DNA of 63,475 nucleotides, counting the filler, from Chiloscyllium plagiosum (lineage: Eukaryota): the NCBI RefSeq assembly GCF_004010195.1. It is 4 parts of one record of this genome, joined end to end, with 100 filler letters (N's around TTAATTAATTAA, not from the genome) between each part and the next. Parts side by side here need not be neighbours in the genome. Positions count along the whole stretch, not along the records: positions 1 to 20,613 come from NC_057712.1; 3 more parts are not named here. One strand, written 5' to 3'. A program made the position numbers and the translations under genes. This document shows, in pieces, positions 1-13,060 of this stretch; positions within the stretch are counted from its first letter, which is position 1; the number at the start of each line of letters is the position of its first letter. Under the pieces are notes generated by a model that saw nothing but the letters and a program-made list of their open reading frames with translations, was not told the DNA's origin and made no database searches.

Positions 1-460
1 ATGATCCTGGGGCTGAAGGGCTTGTCACATGCAGAGTGTTTAAGGGCTCTGGATCTGTACTCTATGGAGTTTAAAAGTATGAGGGAGATCTCATTAAAAT
101 TTATAGAATATTGAAAGGCCTGGATACAATGGTGTGGAGATGATGTTTCCATCAGGAGGAGAGACCAGGATGTGAGGGCATAGTGTTCAAGTGAAAGCAC
201 AACACATTACAACTGAGATGAGGAGGAATTTCTTCAGCCAGAGGGTGTTAACTTGTGGACCTCATTCCAAAGAGGCAATGGAGGTCAAGTAAGTGAATGT
301 ACTTAAGATAGAGATAGATAGGTTATTGATTATTAAGAGGATCAAAAGTTATGGGAGAAGGCAGGAGAATGCAGTTGAGAGTCATATCAGACATCATCGA
401 CTGGCAGAGCAGATGAGATGGGCTGAATGCCCTAATTTTGCTCCTGTATCTTATTGCCCA
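1..460 (+). mobile_element. CR1 LINE 3' fragment
   Basis: Typical CR1 end: gagatgaggaggaatttcttcagccagagggtg...atgggctgaatgcctaattttgctcct. Confidence 0.75.
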
Positions 461-3059
461 CTAACTATGGGTGCCAAACCTGCTGCTAGCCTCTCCCCAC
501 CCAAGCCTTTGAGCAGGTTGATAAGACAAAAACTTTCCCTCTCAAGTGTTAAACCATAATACCTCATAGGTTTCACTTACAGAAGGATATCTAAAATTCA
601 GAATTACTCTTTCATTGCTCTTGAATTTCAATCTTGACTTTGTTATTCATGCTTCCATTTGCAGTTAAGACATAAAACATACAGCAAAAAATCGAGAATG
701 AACTGGCACTTTGTGCAGAGTTCAATTGTGAATATTGTGAGTCTTGCCAAGACAATTAAGAAAAAGCTGGTTTAAACATACAAATTAAAACATATCGCAT
801 GACTAATTATGATTAACACTTGAGGAAAAGCAATTAAATGCAAGCACAGTTTAAAATAATAATATTAAGAGATAAATAGAGGATATGGACAAGCAATTAT
901 GATTAAATAAGTCATAAATACATTGTTTACAGAATTAGTTCCCTTTTATGAATGCTTTAAAAATTTGGAAAATATTCAGGTTTAAATGGTCCCTGAACTC
1001 TCTCAGTGCTGCTCTGTAAGTTGCTACAAACTGAGTAAGAATGGTCAACTGAATGATTTTCCTTTAACTCCCTCTGAAGAAATGCTTCATGTCTGTCCTG
1101 AAGAATCGCCCAAAAAAAGGTTCAGATCTGAAACTCTACATCGCTAGGCCATCAAAGTTTATCCATATTTTGCCAACTGTACTGCACAAATTGCAGCATG
1201 CAATGCTTATCATTTTAAGACTTTCAGTTTTTGTATACATTCAGCCATATTCTGAAGCAATCATTACTGCTGAATAACTTTGCCAGATAAAGCAATGTTT
1301 AATAATTTAGCCTTTCTTTTATTCTTTCATGTCGGCATTGCTAGAAAGGCCAGTGTTTGTCGCCCATCCCCAATTGCCCTTGAAATAAGTGACTTGCCAT
1401 GCCATTTCAAAAAGCAGTTAGTTGTTCACCATATAACAGTGTAAATGGAGTCACATAATAAGGCAGACCAGATAAGGATGGCAGATTTCCTTAGCTGAAA
1501 GACAGGTTTACAGACAATCAATGGTAGCTCCACAGCATCATCACTAAGACTTGCTTCATATTCCAGACTTAAATTAGTTGAATTTAAATTCAGCCAGCTG
1601 CTAAAGTGGGATTTGAATTCTCTAAGAGAATTGTGGAAGTTAAGATCGGACTCTCAAATCCATTAGCTTCATTGCTTTAATGTCTGCTTTGCAAACAAGC
1701 TTTTACAAAGGGCACAATCTATCACCAAAGCAAAATCACTGAAAGATTATAACCAATGCTTTTTAAATTGGGTAATATATGCTATCCAGGAAACATTTCT
1801 CACACCATGTACATTTTAAATAAAAATTGCAATCTATCTAGAGCAAGATCACGCTGAATTTTTTTCCCCACAATAAGTTAAATTACTTTTAGCTTAATTG
1901 CCAAGGAAGACTGTCTGGCAATTGTATTTTAAAGACTTAAGAGAGAAAATCATTTTTTTTCCCATTGGAGTGCAGGACCTATTAAACTTAAGAGAGCACA
2001 ACTCATTGGCTTTATGCGCAAATTAATCACTCTTGGTGTCACAGGCACTCAGAAGGGCTACATCCCTAAAGGAAAGAACTGAACACTTAACTCTAATAAC
2101 TACACTTAAAAAGTAGCTCTGCTAGAGGAAAAGACTGACCTGTAAAATATTTCTGAACTTAAGGTATTACACCATTCTTATGAACGGTTTTGTTTTTGCT
2201 TCTTTTGCAGAGGAAAATCAATTCCCATATAATAGTTTGCAGCTTGGCAGATTTTCAAAAGGATTATCTGAACTGGTTCCAGAATTACTTCAGTCATTTA
2301 AAGTATAGTGAAGTTTTAACACAGCATCTGGATTAATTGGTAACATTGAAAACTTTGTTACTAAGGCCTGCATGGTGCAATAATGTTTGGGGTGACAACT
2401 CACCAAATTAGTTGATAAAAAGGATGGCAGACTTCCTGGCATACTGAGAATAGCTTTCTCCCAACCAAAGGCAGCAGAGGTTTGTCAGTGGAAATGAGAT
2501 TATGTCCAGTATTCTAATGAATTGCGACATTTACAATGAGCAACATACATATCCTTGGCACTTAAAACAAATTCCGGTGTGAGGCATTGCTATAAAGTTC
2601 TGAGATTTGTTACAAAATAATTTCTTGAATTTAAAAGTGCAGACTTATGATATTGTGACTGCTGTTTGAAATGTTATACAGTGCCATGTGACAGGTAGAA
2701 TGATGTAAAGTTTTTAATTTCTAACAGCACTTGACATTTGTCACCTGCCAGACTCAATGCAGCTGAGAAATATCTAATGTACCGCTGAGGGTTTTAGCCA
2801 AGGCGCTACACTTTTAAGTGCAGGACACAAACATTCCTGAGTTTCATTTTTTTAAAAATTAAGCACCACTGAATGAAAGCATGTTATTTCATAGCAAATC
2901 ATGTGTGAGGCATTACCCACCGTATACACTATTTGTGCATTCTTTAATTTCTAGCGCTACAATGCTCTCTCCAGCACGTAGTCCAAGGGAAGCCAGAATG
3001 ATTTCTTCTGTCTATTCATACATCCCCACTTGAAAGGCTGAAAGGGAATTACCAGTGGC

Positions 3060-3400
3060 TCTGTTATTGGCCAATCGTATTTCTTTGGAGTTTTGGAAAA
3101 CACCGGCTGCATTGGACAGAAACACACTCGTGTATCCGTGTTTTCTAAGGGTGACCTCCCTGGTGGAAGATAACTGACAGCCCTGAGGGAAATGCACACA
3201 ACACCACTGCAATTCCTGTCAAGTTATCATAAAAAGCTGCATTGATTGAGTCAGATACAGCAGCTTGCAGAAACGTGCAGTAAGGCTTCAGATAAAAGGG
3301 CACTTTCAAGCTGGGAAACCAAGCCAGTGGGGAATTGTGTTTGCTTTGCTGCATTGTCTCTGCCTGCGCAACACAGACTGAAAGACTACAGGAAGTAATA
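3060..3400 (+). promoter_or_regulatory. Candidate ANGPT2 proximal promoter
   Basis: No recognisable repeat in this block upstream of the ATG. Motifs: ATTGGCCAAT (3066-3075), GGAAGATAAC ETS/GATA (3165-3174), TTCCTG (3213), TTATCATAAAAAG GATA/TATA-like (3224-3236), TGAGTCA AP-1 (3247-3253), ACGTG (3273-3277), ACAGGAAGT ETS (3388-3396). Confidence 0.6.
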
Positions 3401-3598
3401 CAGAACCTTATTACTCCAGTTTTGACAGAACATCAAGCAGGAACTGTTCACAGTGCTTTGTACTTGGCAATTTTACCACAGAATTCCAGAGGATAAAAAC
3501 GGCACAATTGAAAAAAAATTGACAGATATTTTTAAAAAAAAATCTGGGATTGCTCTTAGTATACAGAGGACTCACTGCACTTTGAACGGACACAGAAA

Positions 3599-3880
3599 AT
3601 GTTGATTCCTTCTCTTTTTTTCTTCAGCTGCAGTCTCTCCCTGGGAGCAGGGGGTCACAAAAGTTTGGATAATACTGGAAAAAGGCATTATCAAATACAG
3701 CATGGGCCTTGCAGTTATACCTTCTTGCTCCCCGAGGTGGACAACTGCCGCTCAATGGCAAATCACTATGTGCCGAACACAGTGCAGAGAGACTCTCCAG
3801 AAACGGATAGTGATGCCTCTTTGCAAAGACTTCGACAACTTGAAAATGTAATGGAAAACAATACACAGTGGCTGCAGAAG
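3599..3880 (+). CDS. ANGPT2: Angiopoietin-2 coding exon 1 (signal peptide, superclustering region, start of coiled coil); 94 codons, phase-0 donor
   Basis: Translation MLIPSLFFFSCSLSL...YQIQHGPCSYTFLLPEVDNCRS...VQRDSP...LQRLRQLENVMENNTQWLQK matches recalled human ANGPT2 exon 1 (YQVQHGSCSYTFLLPEMDNCRS...LENIMENNTQWLMK). Ends at AAG|GTAGGC (donor 3881). SYTFLLPE and NNTQWL favour ANGPT2 over ANGPT1. Confidence 0.92.
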
Positions 3881-6800
3881 GTAGGCTAATCATTTTCTTT
3901 TTGGGAAAAGCTAGACATTCTTTCTGAAGCAAGGTAACTTTTTATTTGACCAAGGAAATGTATCAAGGACACAAACTGACATCTGTCAATAATGTGACGG
4001 TGGATATAGTGACTGATGGATTCCTTGATTGTCTTGCCACTCTATTAAAGCTGAGCTTTGTGGACTGCCACAGCATTGTTCCTGTCCTTGTGAACAGGAA
4101 CTTTTGTTCATATTAAATTGTCTAGTATTGTGTTGATCAATGTATATCTTGGTATAGTTCTTATTATTCCACAAAGGCTTACAATAGTGGACCAAAAGAA
4201 CATGTTTGCAACTCGAGCAAAGCAATTTCATCATAGAATGAGCAAAACGCTGGTTTTTGAAGTAGTCTCAAATGTGAATTTTCTTTACAAATTATGGGCA
4301 TCAAATCACGATGAGTGACTGAAATGAAAACTGTGTGGCACAAGTAGCCAAGTTCGGTAAGTCTGCATATCCACAGGTGAGATGGCACTGTTTAACTTCT
4401 TTCTGTCCATCCTGTTTTCAAAAGGAATGCTAATACTTGTAACAACAGCCTTAAAACCCAAAGGTAAAACACACGGACATGAAAATATACAAAAGTTCTG
4501 TACCACATGCAAACTATCTTGCCTCAGAGCATATTACCTTTTAAAAAGGTATCAAAATAATTGCATTCTTACCACCAAGTTGCATTTTTCCTTCAGTGCA
4601 TTTAAAATTAGTCTTAAGCAAATAAATCAACTTTTTTTCAGCATTTTGGCAGTTTTCTGCCCAAACATTCTGTTACTAAGACTTGCTGAAAACAGCAACA
4701 AATTCTACTCCAGATTGTACTTTGTTTAAGAGCACCTCCTTTCCCCTCAAACCTCATGCTTCAAGTGGCAAAGCAGTTGGATCGGTTGTGCCAAGTTCCA
4801 ATGAAGATGGTCGGAAAGGGTTTGCTTGGTGATGGGCAGAAATGCCCGAGTGAAACTACACTTTTTTAAAAAGTTCCTTTTCTGCTTTGTTGTAAAAATA
4901 CCTGGCCTCCAATTGACAATTTCCTACAGCAGCATCACAGATATCTAGAGCAGTGTGTGAAGGGTCAGTGATACATCCAGCAGTACTCACTTTTATGTCT
5001 CTGTTTCAATAAGGCTAAAAATAGCCACATAATTCCCAGGAGAAACTCCTTACATTCCTGGGCCATAACATGATTGAACATTAACCCTTACTATTAACTT
5101 ACCATTAATCTTAAAGTATGAAGAAACTGCTATCTGCAGGTCAGATTAAAATGAAGCGGCAAAGACCTTTATCATTCATTGTGGGAAATACATTGACAAA
5201 GTACTGTTAAATGGATTTCTTTCTGTAAGTATACTGGTAATCGAGATTTCTACAGATATGAAAAAGTGTCAGGAAAAAGTTTTAAATGGTTGTATACCGT
5301 AGCATTTGATCAGAAGGATCAATAAGTTTCTTGTAACACAAATACAAACAGAAATTGCTGGAAAAACTCAACAGGTCTTGCAGCATCTGTGGAGAGAAAG
5401 CAGAATTAATATTTCGGGTCCAGTGACACTTCTTCAGGATAGGTGTCTTCCTCTGTTTGCACAAATAAATGCAGTATTTTATTCTGTAGCGATGACCATA
5501 TTTCGTGCACATTGTTATACGTTGTCATTTTACACCATGTACCTTATATGTATCAAGTAACAGCTTTCATTCTTCTCTCACCACAATTGAGAAGCAATGG
5601 CTTGTTGTGCACTCTTGTAGAATACCAACATGACTCCTTCAAGTGGTAAATTAAGACTTCACAATTATGAATCACAAAAGAGAGAAGCCATTTGGATCAT
5701 AATATAAATGCTAGCTCTGAAAAAAGCTACTCAGTTTGACTCTCTCTTTTCAATATATATGTCTAGTTCTCTTTTGAAGCAGTTTCCATTACTTTTTCAT
5801 ACAATATATTCCCGATGATAAAAAAACCTATTGCGTAAAAGTAACAACTCACTGCACAAAAAACAAAGATTGTCTCTGCTAAAATACTGGTTAAAGCATC
5901 TGCACACAATTTATTTGCGCATTAAACAAACAGGATAATAATTGTGAAAACAGTGCTGACAGGAATTCCACTTAAATACATTACCCCCTGGTAAGTCCCG
6001 ATCTCAGTTGAGCACATCCGGAGGATGGCTTGAGGAGTGACATGGGGGGAAGGTTTGACAATTACAGACAGAATCAAGTAACACCCCCAATCTTTCTAGT
6101 ACAGCTTGCCACACTAAGCCATGTCAAAACAAACATTTTGTAAATAAATTAATGAAAAATTGAGGTAACTCTAAGCTGGAACAGTTGGATTCCAGCACGA
6201 TTACTAAATAAGTTGCACTGCATTATTGTACTGTTTCGCAGATAGAAAAATATTTTATGGCAATATTACCAGTGTTTTGTTTAAGGATTCTTAAATTATA
6301 ATAATTAATAATGTGGGAAGGATGGCAAAGATAAATATCTGCAATTACAGGGACCTAGAACAAGACTGCTTCTCCCAACTGGAAACAGAGAATGCAGGAC
6401 AAAGTTTTTTTTTAAATGGCGTATTTTAGCAAGAAATTTATATCACAACGTCATAGCTACAAAACCAAAGCTGGCAGAAGTATTTTTAGCAAACAAAAAT
6501 GTTCTCAAGAAAAAAAAAACATTGGATTTTGGTTAACTGTTTCCTGCAGTCAGCTGTAGAATTGTCATGGATGGCAATTCACCAAGTTAGAAGAATGATA
6601 CAAAAAAAGTAATAGAATATGCCTAATATTTCCCTTGATATAAAAGATTATTTTTAATCATCACCCTGTGAGCTCTCTGAAGAACATATCAGTTTCGTAT
6701 GGGGGATAATTGGATGACAGTGTAATTATGAACTAGGTTGTGAGAAAATTGTTCGGAGAATCTTCTTTATATATAGCTTTTGGAGAAAAAGATGCTTTGC

Positions 6801-7659
6801 CACCTGATGGTAAAGACACAGCATCTTTGCAAGAGTAGTTTGGCAAGAAATGGCAGCTAACAAGTTGCAGGGTTATGGGAAGAAAACAAGGTTGTGTGAT
6901 TATACTTAAGACCATCATGGAGTTGACATGATTGACTGAATCACCTTTTTCTGTGCTGTAAACCTTTATGGACCTCAGTAAAAAATATCCAAATTGTGCA
7001 GTTAATTTCTATTGAGTTTGAGTGCATGCCCTGTACAGAAGTATTCACTTCAATTCTCCAATGAAATATTCTTTGGTGTTACTCTGAGTTTGCGAGCAAG
7101 ATTAGTTGGCTCTGAAATTGCTGATCTGTAAACACGAAGCTTCTCGGCTCACTCATTTGTGCCTTAGCTGGCAGACACTCAATGGACCCAAGAATGCTTG
7201 TCAACAATACTCCTTCAATATGGTTCTCCCATTAAGAGGTGATTATTAAAGTCAGCAGGCACTTACCTCAGCTATGTCAACAGCATTCTTTACTGTGATT
7301 AGTGTAGTGGAATTGCCAGCTTTAGAATCAGTAGAGAAGTTATCTGGTTAAATGGTTTTCTGTACTGTGCTAAGCAGTAAACCGATTGCTGAATCTAAGC
7401 TACTGGTGTTGTCTTTAATGTGCCATCTTCCAAATTGCAGGGGTTCCCTTTTGAACACACAGACTTACCATTCTTTTCAAAGCTGGCAGCTTCACAATCC
7501 TGATCTCAAAAGAAGTTACCAATTAGATTACTGGTGTTGACAGCTTGCTCAGCTCTGCAACACTGTGGGCTTTGGTTGTTGCAAAATAATTTTTGTCTCA
7601 TATTCCAAATTTGAGCAACATTTGGACGATTGGAGTGCTTTAACTTAAAGAGAAATAAA

Positions 7660-8050
7660 AGACATGCATTTATATCCTAAAATGTCTTACAGGTAATAAA
7701 GAACTGCTGAAATATACTCACTTTGTAAAGTAGAAAACATGGAAACAAAATGGAGCATGTTCCAACAAAAAGCAATATGATGATGATATGATTTGATTTT
7801 ATGTTGTCAATTGAAGGATAAATATTGGCCATGGCACTGAGGATAATCTCCCTGCTGTTCTTTAAAACAGCTGAAGAATCACCAGGGGGCAGATATAATC
7901 ACATTTTAATGTTTTATCTGAAAGATGGTACCTCTGACAGTATAGCACTCTCTCAGTAGCACACTCGAGTTTCAGCTCAAGGTTTGCAGTGGTATTTGAA
8001 CAACAACCGCCTGCCTCAGAGGTAAGACTGCTACCAAGTGTGCCGGACTG
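7660..8050 (-). mobile_element. Deu-domain SINE (SacSINE1/AmnSINE1 superfamily), old copy
   Basis: Minus strand gtgctatactgtcagaggtaccatctttcagataaaacattaaa...cagggagattatcctcagtgccatggccaatatttatccttcaa resembles the recalled Deu-domain consensus. More degenerate copies at ~15020-15225 and ~44930-45200. Confidence 0.65.
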
Positions 8051-10214
8051 ACAGTTGGAACTGTTCACATGTGAAATGCCAGCAGGTGCAGAATGAAAGA
8101 GATAAGCAAAGACAATAAAAGGAATAGACTGCGGAAATTCTTACCATGTTTCCCATTATCATTATCCATTTGCTTGAGACTACAGTTAATTGTGAATCTA
8201 CACGTATGTGAGTGTGTGTATATATCTACATTGGAACTTGAAACGTGCATAAAAAAAGATAATTTATATTTTGAGAATGAAAATGTGGTTGAAAAGATGT
8301 GAAAACACTAAGTGATTAACATGTCGTTTCTTAAAGATGTGTTTATTTTGATCATATAACAATCTTGTTCTTGCACAGCAATGTTGTTAGCTACAGCTTG
8401 GTATTAAGAAAAGAAATTCTTTCAAATAGTTATCGCCAAGGGATCTGTTGTTCATGTCTTCCATGTAAGGAGACTGGAATTTAAATATTGCTTCCCTTGT
8501 TCTGTCTGCTCAAGCAGATGGCAGCTTGTCAGCTTAAATAATTGCTGCAAATATTGATAGATTGCTAGATTTCACTAGGGTTAACAATACCTGATGTCAG
8601 TGGATAAGAATTAAAATATTTTTGAAATACGCTCCAGAGAGTGCATAACCCAAATATTTATATAACAACACATAGCTGTAACGATAATCTCTTCATCTAG
8701 ACAGGCAGTCCCTTACTGCTGAGTCAGATCTTTCCTGTTTAACACTTCTTCAGCTTGTCACCTGTTTTAATTCTTTGGCAACTGGTTAACCAAAAATTTG
8801 GCTTAAAGGCTACTTTATTATTTTGTTTGGCAACATCATTCAAAATTAGGGAGACAAGTTAAACAATTTAACGTGGTGTTTAACAAACATCTGGCACTGA
8901 CAAGTACAATTATTTCAAATAAATATATACTTTTTAAGCAAATGCAGTGGAGATAGAAATACAATTATTTGGCAGTAGCTCTTTTAGCATTGCACTTCAT
9001 AGAAACATTGTGGTTTCAGGGTAAAATATGAACTATATATGTATTGGAGAAATGCACTTCTAAATCATCCAATCAGAAAAGCTTCAGAACAACGGAAAGC
9101 TAATTTAGTTGACATACTTAAGAAATGCAGCATTTGTTTTGTCCTTTTCCTCTTCCTTTTAATTGTCAATGAAAGATTTTGACAGCAGTCATTCCTACAA
9201 TACTATGCAATAACGATCCAAATTTCTTCAGTAAATTTTCCTACTTGTGCACTTTCTTGCATAGGTGAGTTTGCATACACTTAAAATAACATCGACAAGT
9301 CACAAACTTTTAAAAAAAACTAAAGTTACCGCAAAGATTATTTTAAGTTTTCCCAGCAAAGACCTGCCTTTTAAGTTGAGACACTTAGGATTTCCAGCTT
9401 TAATGCAGTCTATAACAGGATGAATCCTAATGGCAGTTGCAGTTTGACTCCACTCCTCTAACTACAATGCACAGAGTATTGTAGAAACCACATAGAAAAC
9501 ATATTCAAAAAAAAAATCAATGTAGGAGCAAATTACTGCTGATGTTGGAATCTGTACTGAAAACAAAAAATGCTGAAGATCACAGCAGGTCAGGCAGCAA
9601 CTATGGAGAGAAAGCAAGCTAATGTTTCAAGTCGAGATGACATTTCATCAAAAACTCAATAATGCTGAAGCTGGAAACTTGAAATTGAAACAGAAAATGC
9701 TGGCGACACCTATGCAGAAAGGAACACCATTAATGTTTCAGATCAATGACCTTATGTCTGTTAGAGAGGGATGGAGGAGGAGAGGGGAACAGGAATGATG
9801 GAGAGAAAGACCAACATTTTCCCATCAATCCCAATTTAGAGATTTACAGTGAGAACCAAACAAAAATTGTATAAACAAAAATTTAACTTTTTAAACTTCT
9901 GTCCAAATAGTCGATAGTACTGACAATGAATAGGAAATAGCATCAAGAATAAAAATGATTTTACATTGCTCATAATTTATAAGCTAGTAATTTTTTAAAA
10001 GTATTGCTGTTGGTAATAAGTTATGCTGCTGGGTTGGGGTGGTTGCTGATTTGCAGCTATGCGGAAATGTAAATACAATAAAGACAATTATAGCCCAAAA
10101 ATAATAAGAAGTTGGTTTTGTAAAATGTTAAATAAGTAGTCTTACAAAAATAAGACATTATTGCTACTTGAATCTTTCAGTATTAGCAAGGGCGTAATAT
10201 TTGTACCAGATGTT

Positions 10215-11065
10215 TGTCACGTGACCTGGAACAGTCCACATTGAAATGTAACAAGATCTGGACAATATCCAGGCTTGGGCTGACAAATGGTAAGTAACGT
10301 TTGCACCACCCAATTGCCAGACAATGACCATCTTCATTAAAAGACAATCTAACCACTGCCCCATGACAGTCAATGGTATTATGATCACCAGGTTCCCTAT
10401 TATCAATATCTTAGGGGGTCACCACTGACCAGAAATTCACCTGGATTCACCATATGCATACAGTGGCGACAAGAGCAGGTTAGGAATACTGAGAGGCTAG
10501 GAATACTGCAGCGAGTAACTCTCTCCGGACTCCTCAAAGCCTGTCTGCCATCTATAAGGCATATCAGGAATATCATGGAATACTCGCCATTTGCTTGGAA
10601 GTGTACAACTCCAACAAATACTCAAAAAGCTTTGACACTATCTGGGACAAAACAGCTGCTTGACTGGTGCATCTACTTGTTCCATCCACCACTGATGTTC
10701 AGTAGCCTCAGTGTGTACAATGCACTCCAGAAATTCACTAAGGTTCCTTAGATAGCACCTTCCAAACACATGACTACTTTCCCATCTAGAAGGACAAGGA
10801 TAGCATTTACATGGGAATACCATTATCTGCAAGTTCCCTTCCAAGCCACTCACCATACTAACTTGAAAATACCATGGCTATTCTTTCACTGCCATTGTGT
10901 CAAAATACTGGAATTCCCTCCCTAATGGTATTGTGGGTCGATCTGCAGCACCATGGACTGCAGTGGTTCAAGAAGGCAGTTTACCACCACCATCTAAAGG
11001 GTAACTAGGACCAGACAATAAATACTGGCCAGCCGGTAACGCCCATGCCCCATGAGTAAGTAAAA
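10215..11065 (+). mobile_element. CR1/L2-group LINE 3' end; other copies at ~14420-14900 (+), ~33345-33830 (+), ~37180-37640 (-)
   Basis: RT C-terminal remnant QDLDNIQAWADKW*VTFAP; shared 3' UTR gggtcaaaatcctggaa...ggactgcagtggttcaagaagg...caataaatactggcc. Confidence 0.75.
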
Positions 11066-12059
11066 CAATACTTGCTTCATTAAGTTACCTGTATTACAAA
11101 TAATAGGCTTCAATGGAATGGCAGTAATGAATAGGAATCACTATTTTAAGTCTTGGTCTATGTCTAAACAAATAGAGTATTTGTTGATATCATCTCTTGA
11201 CTTAATCACAGTTATTACATGTGCAATAACATTCAAGCTGCTACAATTTCTTCACAACAACTGAATGAGCTTTTCCAAAATCCATACCATTGACAGTATA
11301 ATGATGCCACATTTTGGGCAAAGAGAAAGTATATGTGACAACCAGGTCAACAGGAGTGAATAGGTCCCCCTTTTTAATCCATCTTGGCCATCAGAAAAAG
11401 TGATTTTAATTCTTTAAAGCAGACAGCTATATTACACTTCAATTAATTTGTACTTTGCTAGTTCAAATTATGGAGTCAATTACCAGGAATAGCAATTTTA
11501 TTATTAGCTTTGAGAAAAATAAAACATGACATCAAACAAGCACAGATTCAACATTTAAAAAGGGCAGAGTGCCTTATTTAAAAAAAGGAAGTTCAAGAAT
11601 AGACCGTTTAAATTTTCCTTAGAATGCTTGGCAGTTGGGTTTTAACCTGAGACCAAGACTGTTTAATTGATGTTTTGAGGTAAACTTTTTATTTATCCTT
11701 GAATACTCATTAAATGGATAGCTTGGATGGAGATAATGTTTTGACATGGGTTGGTAATTAAATGACCGTGAAAGAACACTTTTTCACTGCACACATGATT
11801 CTTGACGCCATCTTAAAGCAGGAACCATACAAAAGCAAGATGTGGTTTTGATTCCTTGTGAACAACCCTGAAATACTAATGATCCCAGTGTAGATAATCA
11901 TGCAAAGATTTCTACATGGGTGCAAAAGTTTGATCTAGGCATGAAAATGCTAAATATCAACTCAAAAGTCATGGTTGCATTCTAATGTCAAAAGGAAAAC
12001 TGGCTTCTCGAGATTAAGAATAGGAACTTTCTGATAAAATACTGAGTCATGCAGACCAG

Positions 12060-13060
12060 GTTTGTAAGAACATAGAAGCAGAAGAAAGTGAGGCTGCATC
12101 TTGAGACTGTTCTGCTAAGGCTTTACTTGAATTTCACCTTCTTGCATTGGTCACATGTTCTTCCATTCTCTTGGCATATCAGAAATCAGAGATCCCTGCC
12201 CTAACCAAAAGATATTAAATAGAAGCAGAAGTCAGACATTCACCTCATCAAACGGACTCTGCCATTTTGGTTAATCTGATTGTGGCCTTAACTCCACTTT
12301 CTGCCTGTCAATGCACTGTATGTCTAACTCAAACTTCAAAATATTCAAGGGTGAATCTATGGCTATGACTTAGCCTCCACTAGCTTCTGTGGAAGAGAAT
12401 TCCAAAGACTAATGACTCCCAGATAAGAAATTCTTCCTCACTCTTAAGTGGGAGACAACTTAGTTTGAATCTATGCTCCCTAATTCCCCGAAGGGAGAGC
12501 ATCCTCTTGGATCCTCTAAGCATCTAACCCACATTGAACAGCCTCAGGAAGATCATCGCCCATTCTTCCAAAATTTAATGAGTTTTGACCCAACCTGCTC
12601 AAGTTTTCCTTGAAAAACAATCTTTTTAGCCCAGATATAAGCCTAGTCAGCCTTATTTGAGCTATCTCTAATGCAAGTATATCGCTCCTTACGCAATAAG
12701 TCAAAAACTGTGTAAAGTACTCCAGCAGTATTCCAATCTCACCACCACCTTGTTGCAAGACTTCCCTACTTATTCACTTGGGTTTAGCATAGGAGGCAAG
12801 CATTGAGGTGGTATTGAAACTGGTATCCATCATCATACTGAATGGCAGAGGAAGCTCCATGGGAGCTCCTATGTTTCTACAGTTCAGTGTTCCCTTTCCA
12901 ACATTCCCTTTACCTTCCTAATCATTTGCTGCATCTACAAGTTAGCTTTTGTGATTTATGTCTCAGGACACCTAGACCCATTCTTTCAAAACCCATTTTT
13001 TCCAAAGTGGATAAGCTCACATTATTCCAATTATATTCTATCTGCCAAATTAACCTGTCT
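12060..13060 (-). mobile_element. CR1 LINE 3' fragments, degenerate
   Basis: Reverse-complement CR1 3' features (gaattccaaagac, agaaattcttcctca). Confidence 0.6.

Noticed and set aside
8195..8250. Intronic hypoxia response element (ACGTG)
   Set aside because: A 5-mer expected by chance, with no supporting context.
11335..11700. Possible solo LTR remnant (also ~29640-30300, ~32700-33350)
   Set aside because: Only a vague resemblance; no paired LTRs, TSD or coding motifs could be supported.
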